Shown: positions 30,409 through 40,282, counted from the stretch's first letter. The stretch is DNA of 64,000 nucleotides from Candidatus Parcubacteria bacterium (GCA_963718875.1 OY970378.1:132396-196395), one strand, 5' to 3'. Notes: a model not told the origin generated them from the sequence alone. Numbers and translations: made by a program.

Positions 30409-31092
30409 GTGCGTGGTATTCGAAAGCTGCCGCTTGCTGCTGCACTACTTGCGGTCGTATTGGTCGCATCGGCTTGCCCAGGTGGAGAGAGCTCCCCGCC
30501 AACCCCAGCGGAACAAGCTCTCGCGAGCCTGACAAACGATCTTGCCGGCGGCTCTTTGACAAAGCAGCATACCCTTGCGGGCGAGAAGTTCAGGTTCATC
30601 ACGAGGTACGACACGACGTACAACGCCAAGTCGTGGCGTATTACCGACTCAAAGACAATTCATTTCCAGGCCGGGATCGAATTGTTGCCTGGTGGCGAAG
30701 GTGTGCTGGTGATGATCGAGCATGTCCATGTGGACGTCAACCTGCAAGGCGATAAGGCAGGGCTCGATGGAATGCCGCAGGATTCAATGGATGACAGCAT
30801 CCATGGCGGCGATCAGCCAGGGTTTCTTGTGACGCCTCAATACATGTACGAGGAAGTGTTTGTGATCGAGGGGCTTTCCCAAACCTTGATCAACGGCTGG
30901 GGTTTTGCCACTGGTGGTACGGGCAGCTCGGACATAAGCGAGGAACGATTGACCGAGAAGCATCTGAGGAAGAACGGAGTGAAGGGTAACAAATTCAGCT
31001 TCGTCTACGATGTGCTTGTCAGGTACCCAGGGGAGCCGGGCTTCCACAAACGCATCGTTGTCGACGAGTTCCTGATTCAAACGGCCGCATAG
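30409..31092 (+). CDS. hypothetical lipoprotein
   Basis: AGGAGG SD, GTG start, LVASAC lipobox, TTGACT-N17-TATAGT promoter. Confidence 0.75.
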   Translation: MRGIRKLPLAAALLAVVLVASACPGGESSPPTPAEQALASLTNDLAGGSLTKQHTLAGEKFRFITRYDTTYNAKSWRITDSKTIHFQAGIELLPGGEGVLVMIEHVHVDVNLQGDKAGLDGMPQDSMDDSIHGGDQPGFLVTPQYMYEEVFVIEGLSQTLINGWGFATGGTGSSDISEERLTEKHLRKNGVKGNKFSFVYDVLVRYPGEPGFHKRIVVDEFLIQTAA

Positions 31093-31214
31093 AAAGTTCT
31101 GCTCGCTGGTGAGGTTGGGGACGAAAATCTCCCAACCTCACCCCCTACAAGTTATAAACTCAATGTTTTATGCCAAACAGAGTTTAAGTAGTACAATGGT
31201 ACGAGCTCAAGCAG

Positions 31215-31305
<91 letters not shown>

Positions 31306-31332
31306 ATATTATTGATCTTAGTTAATTATCAC

Positions 31333-31935
31333 ATGAACCATTCAACCTATTTTGACTTGATGTCGTCCGAATTGATTCTGAAAGGTAACATTGTCGTGTT
31401 GCCTACAAATACTGTGTACGGGCTTGCGGCCAGGGCGGCAGATATATTAGCCGTAAGGCGTTTGTATGGCTTAAAAGATCGTCATCATAAACCAGGTACA
31501 ATTGTGGCAGCTAATTTGGAGCAGCTGGCAAAGCTGGGTTTAGATTTTACGATTCTAAACGATGTTAAACAGTTTTGGCCGGGAGCGGTCAGCGTAGTTG
31601 TTCCAGCTGACAAGAAATTGGATTACTTGCACCAAGGCTTAAACAGCTTGGCTGTGCGCATACCGGCAGATAAAGAATTTAGGGATTTTCTAATGGTTAC
31701 CGGGCCATTACTCACCAGTAGTGCTAATCTGCCCGGCGAGCCAACGGCTAATACGGTGGAAGAAGCCAAAAATTACTTTGGGGATCAGGTAGATTGGTAT
31801 GTGGACGGAGGGGACTTAAGCGGACGATTGCCTTCAGCATTGGTTCGGTTTACCAATGGTCAGTTAAAGGTCTTACGCGGAGAAAAACTTGCTCGAGATC
31901 TTAGGTCAAACGTTGAGAGCTTGGAGTTTATTTAA
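31333..31935 (+). CDS. tsaC: L-threonylcarbamoyladenylate synthase (Sua5/TsaC)
   Basis: PTNTVYGL, FWPG, LAVRIP, TSSANLPG; start placed after the tRNA. Confidence 0.9.
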   Translation: MNHSTYFDLMSSELILKGNIVVLPTNTVYGLAARAADILAVRRLYGLKDRHHKPGTIVAANLEQLAKLGLDFTILNDVKQFWPGAVSVVVPADKKLDYLHQGLNSLAVRIPADKEFRDFLMVTGPLLTSSANLPGEPTANTVEEAKNYFGDQVDWYVDGGDLSGRLPSALVRFTNGQLKVLRGEKLARDLRSNVESLEFI

Positions 31936-31976
31936 GGCAAAAATGTTGTAACTATGCTTTAGGCTGAAAGATCGGA

Positions 31977-32522
31977 TTAGTTTACATAGAGTGTGATTTC
32001 GCTATAAATTCCGGCTTTTACTTCAACCGTAGTAGGTGACCCGGTTGATCCTTGAAGTTCTGCTGTAAAACTGCCTGTACCGGTGCTGACGAGAAAATAA
32101 CCACTTGAGTTAGATTTGACAGCTTGGATGATGCCATTGGGGCCTTTGATGATGACCGTTCCTGCTTGGGTGCGGGGTTGGTTGCAGGAGCTGTTGGGAT
32201 CAGGAGAATAGCAACCAGTAGCCGCACCGGCGTAAATTTGGCCCTTTATCCCAGAACCTCCAAGGGGTGGGGCAGAGTTCAGGTTTTCAGGCGTTGTAGC
32301 GGATTGAGTAGGTGTCGATTGCGGAGACGTTGTTGAGTTAACAGGCTGAGAAATGGATTTTTTCTGCCCGGTTTGAGCTTGATTCGTATTGGACTTGGTT
32401 TTTTCTTTGGATTTGGCCTGCTGGACTTGAGTCAATACAATGCCGGTTGTAACAAGCAGAGCGGCCAGAATCCCCAGCTCCATTATAACAAGACTGCCGC
32501 GTTGATAATTTGGCTTAACCAT
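31977..32522 (-). CDS. membrane-anchored protein with pilin-like leader and C-terminal beta domain
   Basis: QRGSLVIME leader plus TM, Ser/Thr/Gln linker, SGIKG...C...C. Confidence 0.65.
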   Translation of the reverse strand: MVKPNYQRGSLVIMELGILAALLVTTGIVLTQVQQAKSKEKTKSNTNQAQTGQKKSISQPVNSTTSPQSTPTQSATTPENLNSAPPLGGSGIKGQIYAGAATGCYSPDPNSSCNQPRTQAGTVIIKGPNGIIQAVKSNSSGYFLVSTGTGSFTAELQGSTGSPTTVEVKAGIYSEITLYVN

Positions 32523-32565
32523 GAGCTTAATATAAATGTTTACTTATAAGGTGTCAAAGCTTGCT

Positions 32566-32580
32566 AGAGGTTAAACCTCT
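32566..32580. repeat. AGAGGTT(A/T)AACCTCT palindrome; copies at 37848, 43174, 61631
   Basis: Four intergenic copies of a 15-bp palindrome. Confidence 0.85.
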
Positions 32581-32937
32581 GGATTATAGGCATGATAATC
32601 GAAAGTCCTCAGATAGCTGAGGCCATGCGAGAGTTGTTCCGGCTGGCGCAGCTGGGGGGAGAGGCTCTGCTTTACAAGTAAAGGGAGCCTCCCTTTTAGT
32701 GGTTATGTTAGCATTTCGAGCTCATTTCTTAAGTTAGGGAGCCTCCCTCGAATTTGTTATGCTCCGACCCAAGGCTTCAAACTCCACGTTGTCACCCTGA
32801 ACCGTCGGCTGACGGTTGTTTCAGGATCTCTTAATCTGGACAAGAGATCCCGGATCGTGGTCCGGGATGACAAGAAGAAGGTTGAAAACTTAGGTCGGGC
32901 CCCGCACCAGCCTTGGTAGACTTGGTGCGGGACGGGG

Positions 32938-33384
32938 TTAGGACGGGTCGGATTCGGGTGCCGGAGGGCGCTTGGCGAGCTCGATTTCGAGCTCGGCGAC
33001 ACATCTTTCGTGGTCTTTAACAACCTCCATGAGTAGCTCAGCTTTTTCCTGATAACGCTGGGCCTCGGCCGCGATGCGCATGTAAAGCGTTTCGATGGTG
33101 CAGTCTTTGGGGAACTGGTCGAACCCTGCGTCAAGGAGTGCGATGAAAGCATCGATAGCCTTTTTGGCTGCTTTGTACTCATGCTTGTAAAACCAACCGG
33201 GCCAGTCGGGATCGGCCTCGCAGTAGGGAACCATGAACTCCTGGAGCAGCTGAGCGTAGGGTCGAATGACGCTCCATGGCTCATTCCACGGATTGTAGAA
33301 CTGGGTGATCCTCTCCAGTGTCCACATTCCGTCTCTGATTCTTTTGAGGACGTCTCGCAGTGCCTGGGTGGGGTGAATGGTCAT
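32938..33384 (-). CDS. array paralogue (PTQAL family)
   Basis: MTIHPTQALRD...coiled coil...PESDPS. Confidence 0.8.
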   Translation of the reverse strand: MTIHPTQALRDVLKRIRDGMWTLERITQFYNPWNEPWSVIRPYAQLLQEFMVPYCEADPDWPGWFYKHEYKAAKKAIDAFIALLDAGFDQFPKDCTIETLYMRIAAEAQRYQEKAELLMEVVKDHERCVAELEIELAKRPPAPESDPS

Positions 33385-33394
33385 GGGATCTGTT

Positions 33395-33811
33395 TCAGTT
33401 GGAGTGCGAAGGGGGCGAGGAAGGACGCTTTTTGAGCTCGGTTTCGAGTCCTTTGATGCGGGCGTCCAGTTCTTTAACCTGTGACGCGAGGGACTCAGAC
33501 CAGTTTTTGTAACGGATCCTTTCGCCGGCGATTCTCATGTAGAGATCACCGATGGTAGTACCACTTGGGAGCCGATCGAATCCGGCATCTATTAACTCGA
33601 TGAAGGCGTCAAGTGCCTGTGTGAAAGTGGGCGAGTAAGGAAGTTCATGGTGCTCGCCAAGGAAAGCTTTGATGAGCTCCTGGTAGGGTGAAAACACGCT
33701 GTCGGTTGCCATGCCACCGCCTTGCATTACTGCGGCATATGCGCTACGAGAGTTTGCGTCTCTGGCTGCGACGAGCGCGTCGCGAAGTGCTTGGGTTGGG
33801 GTTAGCGTCAC
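33395..33811 (-). CDS. array paralogue (PTQAL family)
   Basis: MTLTPTQALRD; ALDAFIELIDAGFD..P...TI..LYMRIA shared with neighbour. Confidence 0.8.
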   Translation of the reverse strand: MTLTPTQALRDALVAARDANSRSAYAAVMQGGGMATDSVFSPYQELIKAFLGEHHELPYSPTFTQALDAFIELIDAGFDRLPSGTTIGDLYMRIAGERIRYKNWSESLASQVKELDARIKGLETELKKRPSSPPSHSN

Positions 33812-33978
33812 GGGTTATCTATCCTTTGGGTTGTGGATCGTGTACACGGGTTGCATCGTTGCTTCCCGACCTAAGGTTTCAAAGCTCTTTTTAAGACCTG
33901 ATCTTCGATAGTTGAAAGCTTGGGTCGGGGTTCCGCCGTGCGCTGGTTAGGGCGCAGGCAGCGGAACCTGTGGATGGG

Positions 33979-34383
33979 CTATACCGGGTGGATCTTGTGC
34001 ATACTGCACTTGAAGATGTCGATCATGGGGAACTCGGCCTGAGGGTGTTCCGCCTCGAGGTAAACTACGCCGGCCAGGTCGGAAGTCAGGTTGAGGCCGG
34101 TGGAGCTGGTAATGAAGTCACTTACCAAGTCGATGGCCATGCTGTCGTCCTGGTCCAGCTCGTACTTGCTGACGCCGAACTTGGCGGCGATCTTGCCGTG
34201 GTCGAGCTCGAACTGCTCGGTGTTGGTGTCGCGGTCGTAGTCGTTGCGAGAGCAGAGCCAGGCGCTGCGGACTCGGACGATGGCTTTGACTTGGACGCCT
34301 TGCTCTTCTCTGAGCTCGCGCTTGACGAGCGTGAGCTGCTTGGCACTGACCTTGCCGATCACCACTAGCGTGGTGGCTGCCAT
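33979..34383 (-). CDS. hypothetical array gene
   Basis: 134 aa, AAAGGA SD, GC3-rich. Confidence 0.75.
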   Translation of the reverse strand: MAATTLVVIGKVSAKQLTLVKRELREEQGVQVKAIVRVRSAWLCSRNDYDRDTNTEQFELDHGKIAAKFGVSKYELDQDDSMAIDLVSDFITSSTGLNLTSDLAGVVYLEAEHPQAEFPMIDIFKCSMHKIHPV

Positions 34384-34548
34384 GATGTTCTTCCTTTGAT
34401 CGTCGGTACACGGGTAAGCACTGTTGCTTCCCGACCCAAGACTTCAATCTTATTTACACGGGTGGAACCGATGTAGGATTTGAAAACTTAGGTCGGGGTT
34501 CCGCCGCTGTAGCCGGAGCTACAAACGGCGGAACCTGGGAATGGGTGG

Positions 34549-35226
34549 TTAGCTGGATACGCCTTCGGGTGCTGATCCCTCAACGGGTGCATCCTCGAAG
34601 GGATATGCCAAGACTCGAGCGACTTCACTCTCCAAGGTCTCGGTGCTGAAGCCCACCAGGGCACGGTCTAGGGCTTGGCTACGAAGCTTGACCTCAAGTG
34701 CCTTGAGGCGCTCCGGGATCCCGCTGCTTTGCCAGTCCCGGTAGAGGTGTTGAGCGCAGAGCATCTCCATATGGTAGTGGCTTGCAACTGCCGAGCGGAA
34801 GCCATCGGTGCCTACAGGGCTGTTGGGGTAGTTGCCGAAAATGGCGATGATGAGCTCACCGTCCTCGCCGAAGACGGCGAGAGAGAACTCGTCATCGATG
34901 TCGTAGCCAGCACCGTGACGGAATGGGAAGCCGAAGCTGTCACGACCAGGATCCGGCTGCTTGATCTCGTAGTGGAACACGATACCCATCTCGATGCGTA
35001 GCAGCTCGCCGCCCTTGTTTCGAAGGTGGCGGGTGACCACTTTGCCGCTGACAATGAAATCGAGCGTGTTGCCGAGCTTGACGAGCTCATAGGTGGTGCC
35101 ATTGATGTCGGCTGAGTAAATATCCCTCAACACTTCCTCAATGAGGTGGTGCTCAGGGCTGTGGTGGTGAATCGATCGGTAGCCAACTGCTTGGGGGTGA
35201 GCGTGGGCGGGTCGGGTGTAGGCCAT
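34549..35226 (-). CDS. hypothetical array gene
   Basis: 225 aa, AAAGGA SD, GC3-rich. Confidence 0.75.
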   Translation of the reverse strand: MAYTRPAHAHPQAVGYRSIHHHSPEHHLIEEVLRDIYSADINGTTYELVKLGNTLDFIVSGKVVTRHLRNKGGELLRIEMGIVFHYEIKQPDPGRDSFGFPFRHGAGYDIDDEFSLAVFGEDGELIIAIFGNYPNSPVGTDGFRSAVASHYHMEMLCAQHLYRDWQSSGIPERLKALEVKLRSQALDRALVGFSTETLESEVARVLAYPFEDAPVEGSAPEGVSS

Positions 35227-35443
35227 TGAAAACCATCCTTTTTCGGTTGTCGATCGGGTACACGGGTAAGCACTATTGCTTCCCGACCTAAGACTTCAAA
35301 ACTCTTTGTTGTCACCTTGTACTTGATTCAGGGTCTCTTAATCTGGACAAGAGATCCCGGATCGTGGTCCGGGATGACAATTTAGGGTTGAAAACTTAGG
35401 TCGGGCCCCGCATCAGCCTTGGAAGACTTGATGCGGGACGGGG

Positions 35444-35989
35444 TTAGGACGGGTTCGGCTTGGATACCGGAGGACGGGTGGCGAGTTCGGCTTCGAGCTC
35501 GGCGATGCGGGCGTTGAGGTCGTCGTTCTGCTGGCAAACCTTGCGGTGCTCGCGAGCGAGGTTGTCGAGTTGGCTGTACCGCTCTTGGAGTGAGATGACA
35601 AGGGAGTCGTGGTCTAGACGTACTGTCGCGAGCTTGGCCTCGAGCTTGGCGACGGTCTCCCTCGTGATGGCGAGCCAGTACTCTGCCTTGAAACGGTATC
35701 CTGCAGCCCACATCAGCCTGTTGTCGATGGGGTTGGTAGGGGAAAGCTCGTCGGCTCCTGAGTTTACCAACCAGATGATGCTGTTGATGGCCGCGATGTT
35801 GCGAGCTTGGGTTCCCGCGAAGTCTACCTGGGCAGCATCGATGAAGGTACGGAAGTGGCCACTGACTGTGCTGAAGATGCTGTGGTTACCCGGGTTGCCA
35901 ATTATCTGCTCAATGTTGGACTCTTGGGGGTCGGAGTCCCTGAGCGCCTTGAGGGCGTCGATGAGGGCCTGGGTAGGGTTGATTGCCAT
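35444..35989 (-). CDS. array paralogue (PTQAL family)
   Basis: MAINPTQALID...LNARIAELEAELATRPP...PNPS. Confidence 0.8.
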   Translation of the reverse strand: MAINPTQALIDALKALRDSDPQESNIEQIIGNPGNHSIFSTVSGHFRTFIDAAQVDFAGTQARNIAAINSIIWLVNSGADELSPTNPIDNRLMWAAGYRFKAEYWLAITRETVAKLEAKLATVRLDHDSLVISLQERYSQLDNLAREHRKVCQQNDDLNARIAELEAELATRPPVSKPNPS

Positions 35990-36118
35990 GGTGGCCGTCC
36001 TTTTTGGGTTGTCGGGTACACGGGTAAGCACTGTTGCTTCCCGACCTAGGGCTTCAAACGAGGTTGAAAACTTAGGTCGGGCCCCGCACCAGCTGGGTAG
36101 GCAAGGTGCGGGACGGGG

Positions 36119-36628
36119 TTAGGACGGGTCGGGTTCGGGTGAGTAAGGCTCCTGCAGAGCTGCGACTTTGGCTTCGAGTTCGGCGACGAGGAGCTTCATT
36201 TGATGACCCTCATGCCTGAGAACCTGGTTCTCGTTGCGCTCTTCCCTCAGGTGGTCTAGGTTCTCGCGGATGACCTGTCGGGCTTGGTAGAGCTCGCCGC
36301 CAACCTTCATAGCGAAGTCAGCAACCTGAGAGCCGTCAGGGAGTACCGTCAAGCCGGCCCAGATGAGCTCGAACAGGTGGTTGATGACAGCCTTGCACTG
36401 CGTGTACAGGATGTCCCTCCTGGTTTGCGAGTTCATGCCCTCGAGGTTATCCAGGATCCCACATGCCTTCCTGAACGGCAGGATGAGTTGAGCGACCTCG
36501 TAGAACATGTGGTAGGGGTCGGTGGTGGTAAGGAGCTGAACTGCTTCGGCGACGTCCAGGGTGCCGGTGTTGGCGCCAATGCGCATTTCTTCCAGCTTGG
36601 CCATCAGAGTTACGGTGGGGTTGAGCAT
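36119..36628 (-). CDS. array paralogue (divergent PTQAL family)
   Basis: MLNPTVTL, LIWAGLTVLP, VAELEAK...PEPDPS. Confidence 0.75.
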   Translation of the reverse strand: MLNPTVTLMAKLEEMRIGANTGTLDVAEAVQLLTTTDPYHMFYEVAQLILPFRKACGILDNLEGMNSQTRRDILYTQCKAVINHLFELIWAGLTVLPDGSQVADFAMKVGGELYQARQVIRENLDHLREERNENQVLRHEGHQMKLLVAELEAKVAALQEPYSPEPDPS

Positions 36629-36697
36629 GGTATTCGTCCTTTGGGTTGTGTAGGTGCGAATGTGTCTGATTGGGCTGTTCCCAACTCAGTGCGGACA

Positions 36698-36726
36698 AGT
36701 CTATACTATTTATGCTTAAATGTCAA
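36698..36726 (-). promoter_or_regulatory. sigma70 promoter at head of array
   Basis: TTGACA-N17-TAGACT. Confidence 0.7.
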
Positions 36727-37064
36727 TATAATGTAGGTAAAATGTAATATCTACAGATAGATATTTGTCAAAATGAGAATTGACAAATACAATTTAGCCA
36801 AGTAATCTATGGTTAGCCTCTCTTTCGTCGAACTATAGGAGGCACGGCGCTTTTATCGTTCGAGGTAATCCGAGAGACTCACTGAGGCCTTCGACTACGT
36901 TCAGGCAATGAGCCAGAGAATTTGGTTAAGAGTTCCTGAAAGGTAGAAGCGTCCCGCAAGGGCGGGACTTTCTCTTCAGGATGACAATGAGGGTTTGTTG
37001 TTCAAAGAGGGAGGACGAAGACTAACCGGGCCTTCGACTCTGCTCAGGCAATAAGGGAGAAAGA

Positions 37065-37844
37065 ATGACAGAAGAACAGCTTCAACAACTAGGATTATCA
37101 CCTACACAAGCTAAGGCGTACCTTTTACTAGTGCTGACGGGTAAGCTGACGCCGGCGGATTTGATGGCTAAGACGGGGGATAGCCGAACCAATGCTTACA
37201 TGGTGCTGGACAGATTAGTTGAGCTGGGGCTGGCGATTAAAGATGAGGTGGGCAAAAAGCTGATTTATCGCTCAAACAGCCCCGTTGGACTGGCCAAGAT
37301 TGCGGAGCGTCAAAGGGAGAAGGCCACCCAAACGGAAGGCAAGATTCGCGATGCCATGCCTGAGCTGGTTAAGTTTTACCATTCTCACCGAACTCAACCC
37401 GGAGTGCGGTTTTTACAAGGGAAAGAGGGGCTACAACAGGTTTATAAAGACCATCTTAAGACCGGTGGAGACGAGGTAATTTTTAGAACTAAGGCGGATA
37501 ACGAGTATTATGGTCAAGGGTTACTGACGTACATGGAGGAGCGGGCAGCAAAGGGAATTAAGACCGATATGATTTCACCCTGGCAGAGGGATATGGTTAA
37601 GTATGCTCCGGTGGAAAACGTGCGGTTAAAACGTGATGTGACTTTTGTACCGCCTGAGGCCTACGATGTGCCTGTGGAGATTGCGGTATATGGTACTAGG
37701 GTTGCGATTACCTCCTTTGGTGAGGAGGCGATTGCAACGATTATTGACAGCCCCCAGGTGGCGGATGCGGTAAGACAAGTATTTGCCATGGCTAAGGCAG
37801 GGGCGGATAAGCTTTGGGTTGAGGCCGGCGGCTTGCCCGAGTAA
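37065..37844 (+). CDS. TrmB-family transcriptional regulator
   Basis: LGLS..QAKAY..L, RTNAY.VL.RL...GL, PGVRFLQGKEG. Confidence 0.88.
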   Translation: MTEEQLQQLGLSPTQAKAYLLLVLTGKLTPADLMAKTGDSRTNAYMVLDRLVELGLAIKDEVGKKLIYRSNSPVGLAKIAERQREKATQTEGKIRDAMPELVKFYHSHRTQPGVRFLQGKEGLQQVYKDHLKTGGDEVIFRTKADNEYYGQGLLTYMEERAAKGIKTDMISPWQRDMVKYAPVENVRLKRDVTFVPPEAYDVPVEIAVYGTRVAITSFGEEAIATIIDSPQVADAVRQVFAMAKAGADKLWVEAGGLPE

Positions 37845-37905
37845 TCCAGAGGTTAAACCTCTGGCAATGGTAATATGTTGAAATACAAACTTAAGGTGGG
37901 TATTT

Positions 37906-38310
37906 ATGAGCGATATGAAAGATAAACCGGACGAGTATTGGCGGGCTAAGTTGACGCCGGAGCAATATCGGGTGATGCGGGAAAAGGGCACGGAGTATCC
38001 GGGGACGGGTAAGTACATTGAGACGGACGACAAAGGGGTTTATAAATGTGCTGCCTGCGGACAGGAGTTATTTTCCAGTGATACTAAATTTGGTGGAAGC
38101 TGGATGAGTGGTTGGCCTAATTTTACAGACCCCGTAAATACTAAAAATGTAATTCTTTCCCCAGATTATTCTTATGGGATGACCCGTACTGCTGTGGCTT
38201 GTTCGAATTGTGGTGGCCATTTGGGTCATGCGTTTGGGTATGATGTGGGTCATTCGGGAAGTCGGTACTGTATTAACTCGTGCTCTTTGGATTTTGAGTC
38301 TAAAAGTTAG
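37906..38310 (+). CDS. msrB: methionine sulfoxide reductase B
   Basis: LTPEQY...GTE, CAAC, GWP.F, HLGH.F, RYCINS. Confidence 0.95.
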   Translation: MSDMKDKPDEYWRAKLTPEQYRVMREKGTEYPGTGKYIETDDKGVYKCAACGQELFSSDTKFGGSWMSGWPNFTDPVNTKNVILSPDYSYGMTRTAVACSNCGGHLGHAFGYDVGHSGSRYCINSCSLDFESKS

Positions 38311-38312
38311 GC

Positions 38313-38870
38313 ATGAAGACGCTCTGGTTTCGATACGCAGGTATAGCAGCAATAATATTGGAATATCTGGGCGTGGCTTATTTTGTATTAATTAAAAAAC
38401 ACCCGTTGGGCTTGGGCTACACCGTTAGTGACTTTGGCGCGTCGGAGTCGCCATTAATTTTCTCTTTGGTTTTTTCGATTGCGGGGATTTTGTACGGCTG
38501 CTTTAGCGCTTGGTTATATCGACAACTGTCTTTGGGTCGTAACTTCCGTTTAAGCTATGTCTTGGCTGTTATAGCAGTCGTAATGTTGTCTTGGTTGCCG
38601 GATGCGGGAAATCACATAACGCCGCTTTTACATACTTATTTTGCCGTGATAGTGATGATTGCGACACCCCTAATGATTTACTATTACCGGCAAAAAGTTA
38701 AGAATCAGCTGTATCGCAAGGTACTAAATGTAATTATTTGGTGTGAGGTGCTTGTCTTGGCTTTGTTGCCATTGGCTGTTTATTTGGATGTTACATTGTT
38801 GCCAGAAATCATAGCATCAATAGCTTTTCAGGCTTGGGTGATAATGGCGACATTTAGAGCAAAGAATTGA
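38313..38870 (+). CDS. multi-pass membrane protein (DUF998-like)
   Basis: About six TM segments, VSDFG, LH..FA. Confidence 0.6.
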   Translation: MKTLWFRYAGIAAIILEYLGVAYFVLIKKHPLGLGYTVSDFGASESPLIFSLVFSIAGILYGCFSAWLYRQLSLGRNFRLSYVLAVIAVVMLSWLPDAGNHITPLLHTYFAVIVMIATPLMIYYYRQKVKNQLYRKVLNVIIWCEVLVLALLPLAVYLDVTLLPEIIASIAFQAWVIMATFRAKN

Positions 38871-38929
38871 TAAATAAATTAAAGTGGGTCCCACCCGACC
38901 CCTTGTGTAGGGGTCGGGTGGGGAACCGT

Positions 38930-38986
38930 CTAGTGGCCGAAGCTGACGTGGCCGATGTGCCCGTCGAAACGGCAGTTGAAGTTCAT
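38930..38986 (-). CDS. 18-aa peptide MNFNCRFDGHIGHVSFGH
   Basis: AAAGGAGGTG SD, GC3-rich codons, followed by a strong hairpin. Confidence 0.45.
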   Translation of the reverse strand: MNFNCRFDGHIGHVSFGH

Positions 38987-39061
38987 GTGACACCTCCTTT
39001 TCTTTGCTAGACGGCGGGGTTCTTGCCAACAACTCTGAAGTTGTAAGCAAGAGGGCGCCGT

Positions 39062-40174
39062 CTAGGTTGGACAATAGGTTTTGATGATTTGAACGTACAT
39101 CTCGGTGAGGGCTTGCAGGGAATCAGTATCCACCCACTCATTGGGAGCATGAGCGTTGCCGCCCAAAGGGCCCAGGTAGGCAACGGGAATTTTCCAAGCT
39201 GCTTGAAGTAGTTGGCCATCGCCATAACCCTTGGATGATGCGTCGAGGTAGTTGTTTCCGACTATGCTCTCCAATCGTTTGAGTTTGGTTGGGTTAGTGT
39301 ACAAGGCTCCGAAATCATGCTTGATGGTGGTCTGTGTGACCGTGAGTCCGGCTGACAGTGCTAGCTGGTTGAATTTAGAAACTACATCCTGGGCGCGCAG
39401 CTCTGGCTTGGTAGGGCGAATGTCAAGGACGGCTTCGGCGTAATCGGGGATATTGTTACCGTCTTTTCCTAGGATTGTTCTCCCGCTTTTTTCTCCTTGA
39501 TAGAGGCCACCTTGAAAGTAAGCGACATTGAGCGATGGAGCGCCAAGAGTTGGGCGGCGGAAGGTACTAAGCCAGGCCTTGAGCTTACTAAGGACATCTT
39601 GTAAGCCGGCAATAGCGTTTATGCCTGAGTTAGGATTGGCTGCGTGTCCGCTGATTCCACGAACGGCTACGCTAAGTTCAATTAGTCCGCGGTGCTCGTT
39701 CCATATTTGCAAATCTGTGGGTTCTGCAATCAGGGCAAGTTGGGGCTTGAGCTGGTTCTTGACCTCTAAAAACTTTTTCATGCCGGCAAAATCGTATTCT
39801 TCATCGCAGTAGAACAGCAGAGAGAGACTGGTAGCGGACTCAATCTGGCTGAGGGAGGAGAGGATTGCTGCGATACCGCCTTTCATGTCGTAAGCACCGA
39901 GGCCGTAGAGCTTTTTACCTTCTAAGAAAGGCTCAAGTGGGTCACGATTTGATCCTTCCTTAGGTACAACCGTATCCATGTGGCCGGCTAGCAATAGTTG
40001 GGGTTTGCCGGGCGTGGTTGCCACCACGTTGAATCGGCCGGGGGCTACCCGCTGCTTGGTGACTTTGAGCCAGCTGAACTGTTGCAAGTAATTGTAGATG
40101 TATTGGCCGACCTCACTTTCCCGCTTGTAGCTGGACAGACGGATGAGGTCGCGGGTAATTGCTAGGGGGTCCAT
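39062..40174 (-). CDS. M20 family metallohydrolase (ArgE/DapE-like)
   Basis: GHMDTV, GLGAYDMKGG, DEE, AEPT, GHAA, AHAPNE. Confidence 0.92.
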   Translation of the reverse strand: MDPLAITRDLIRLSSYKRESEVGQYIYNYLQQFSWLKVTKQRVAPGRFNVVATTPGKPQLLLAGHMDTVVPKEGSNRDPLEPFLEGKKLYGLGAYDMKGGIAAILSSLSQIESATSLSLLFYCDEEYDFAGMKKFLEVKNQLKPQLALIAEPTDLQIWNEHRGLIELSVAVRGISGHAANPNSGINAIAGLQDVLSKLKAWLSTFRRPTLGAPSLNVAYFQGGLYQGEKSGRTILGKDGNNIPDYAEAVLDIRPTKPELRAQDVVSKFNQLALSAGLTVTQTTIKHDFGALYTNPTKLKRLESIVGNNYLDASSKGYGDGQLLQAAWKIPVAYLGPLGGNAHAPNEWVDTDSLQALTEMYVQIIKTYCPT

Positions 40175-40192
40175 AAATTATTCCTTATTACT

Positions 40193-40282
40193 AAAAACCT
40201 CCTCTTTGCGAGGAGGGTTAAAGCTTCGATTATGTATCGAAAGTTATTCTCTCATCGCAAAACCGGGCTTCCAGTGATGATG
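40193..40282 (-). promoter_or_regulatory. candidate ribosome-dependent attenuator
   Basis: His-His-His-Trp codons, TTTGCGATGAG able to pair with CTCCTCGCAAA, CTCCTC/GAGGAG-T5 terminator. Confidence 0.5.

Larger units (their letters stand above)
32763..36081. repeat. five junction inverted repeats CCCGACCYARGRYTTCAA..TTGAAARCTTRGGTCGGG
   Basis: Copies at 32763-32899, 33865-33929, 34430-34497, 35282-35405, 36040-36081. Confidence 0.9.

Noticed and set aside
23400-31150. Prophage or integrative element ending at tRNA-Ser(GGA)
   Set aside because: No integrase, phage structural genes or att duplication seen
32763-36081. CRISPR array reading of the TTGAAA/TTCAA repeats
   Set aside because: Units are separated by whole genes and 6-101 nt spacers, and no cas genes are present
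35460-36736. Long plus-strand ORFs within the array
   Set aside because: Shadow frames of GC3-rich minus-strand genes that have SD motifs and paralogy
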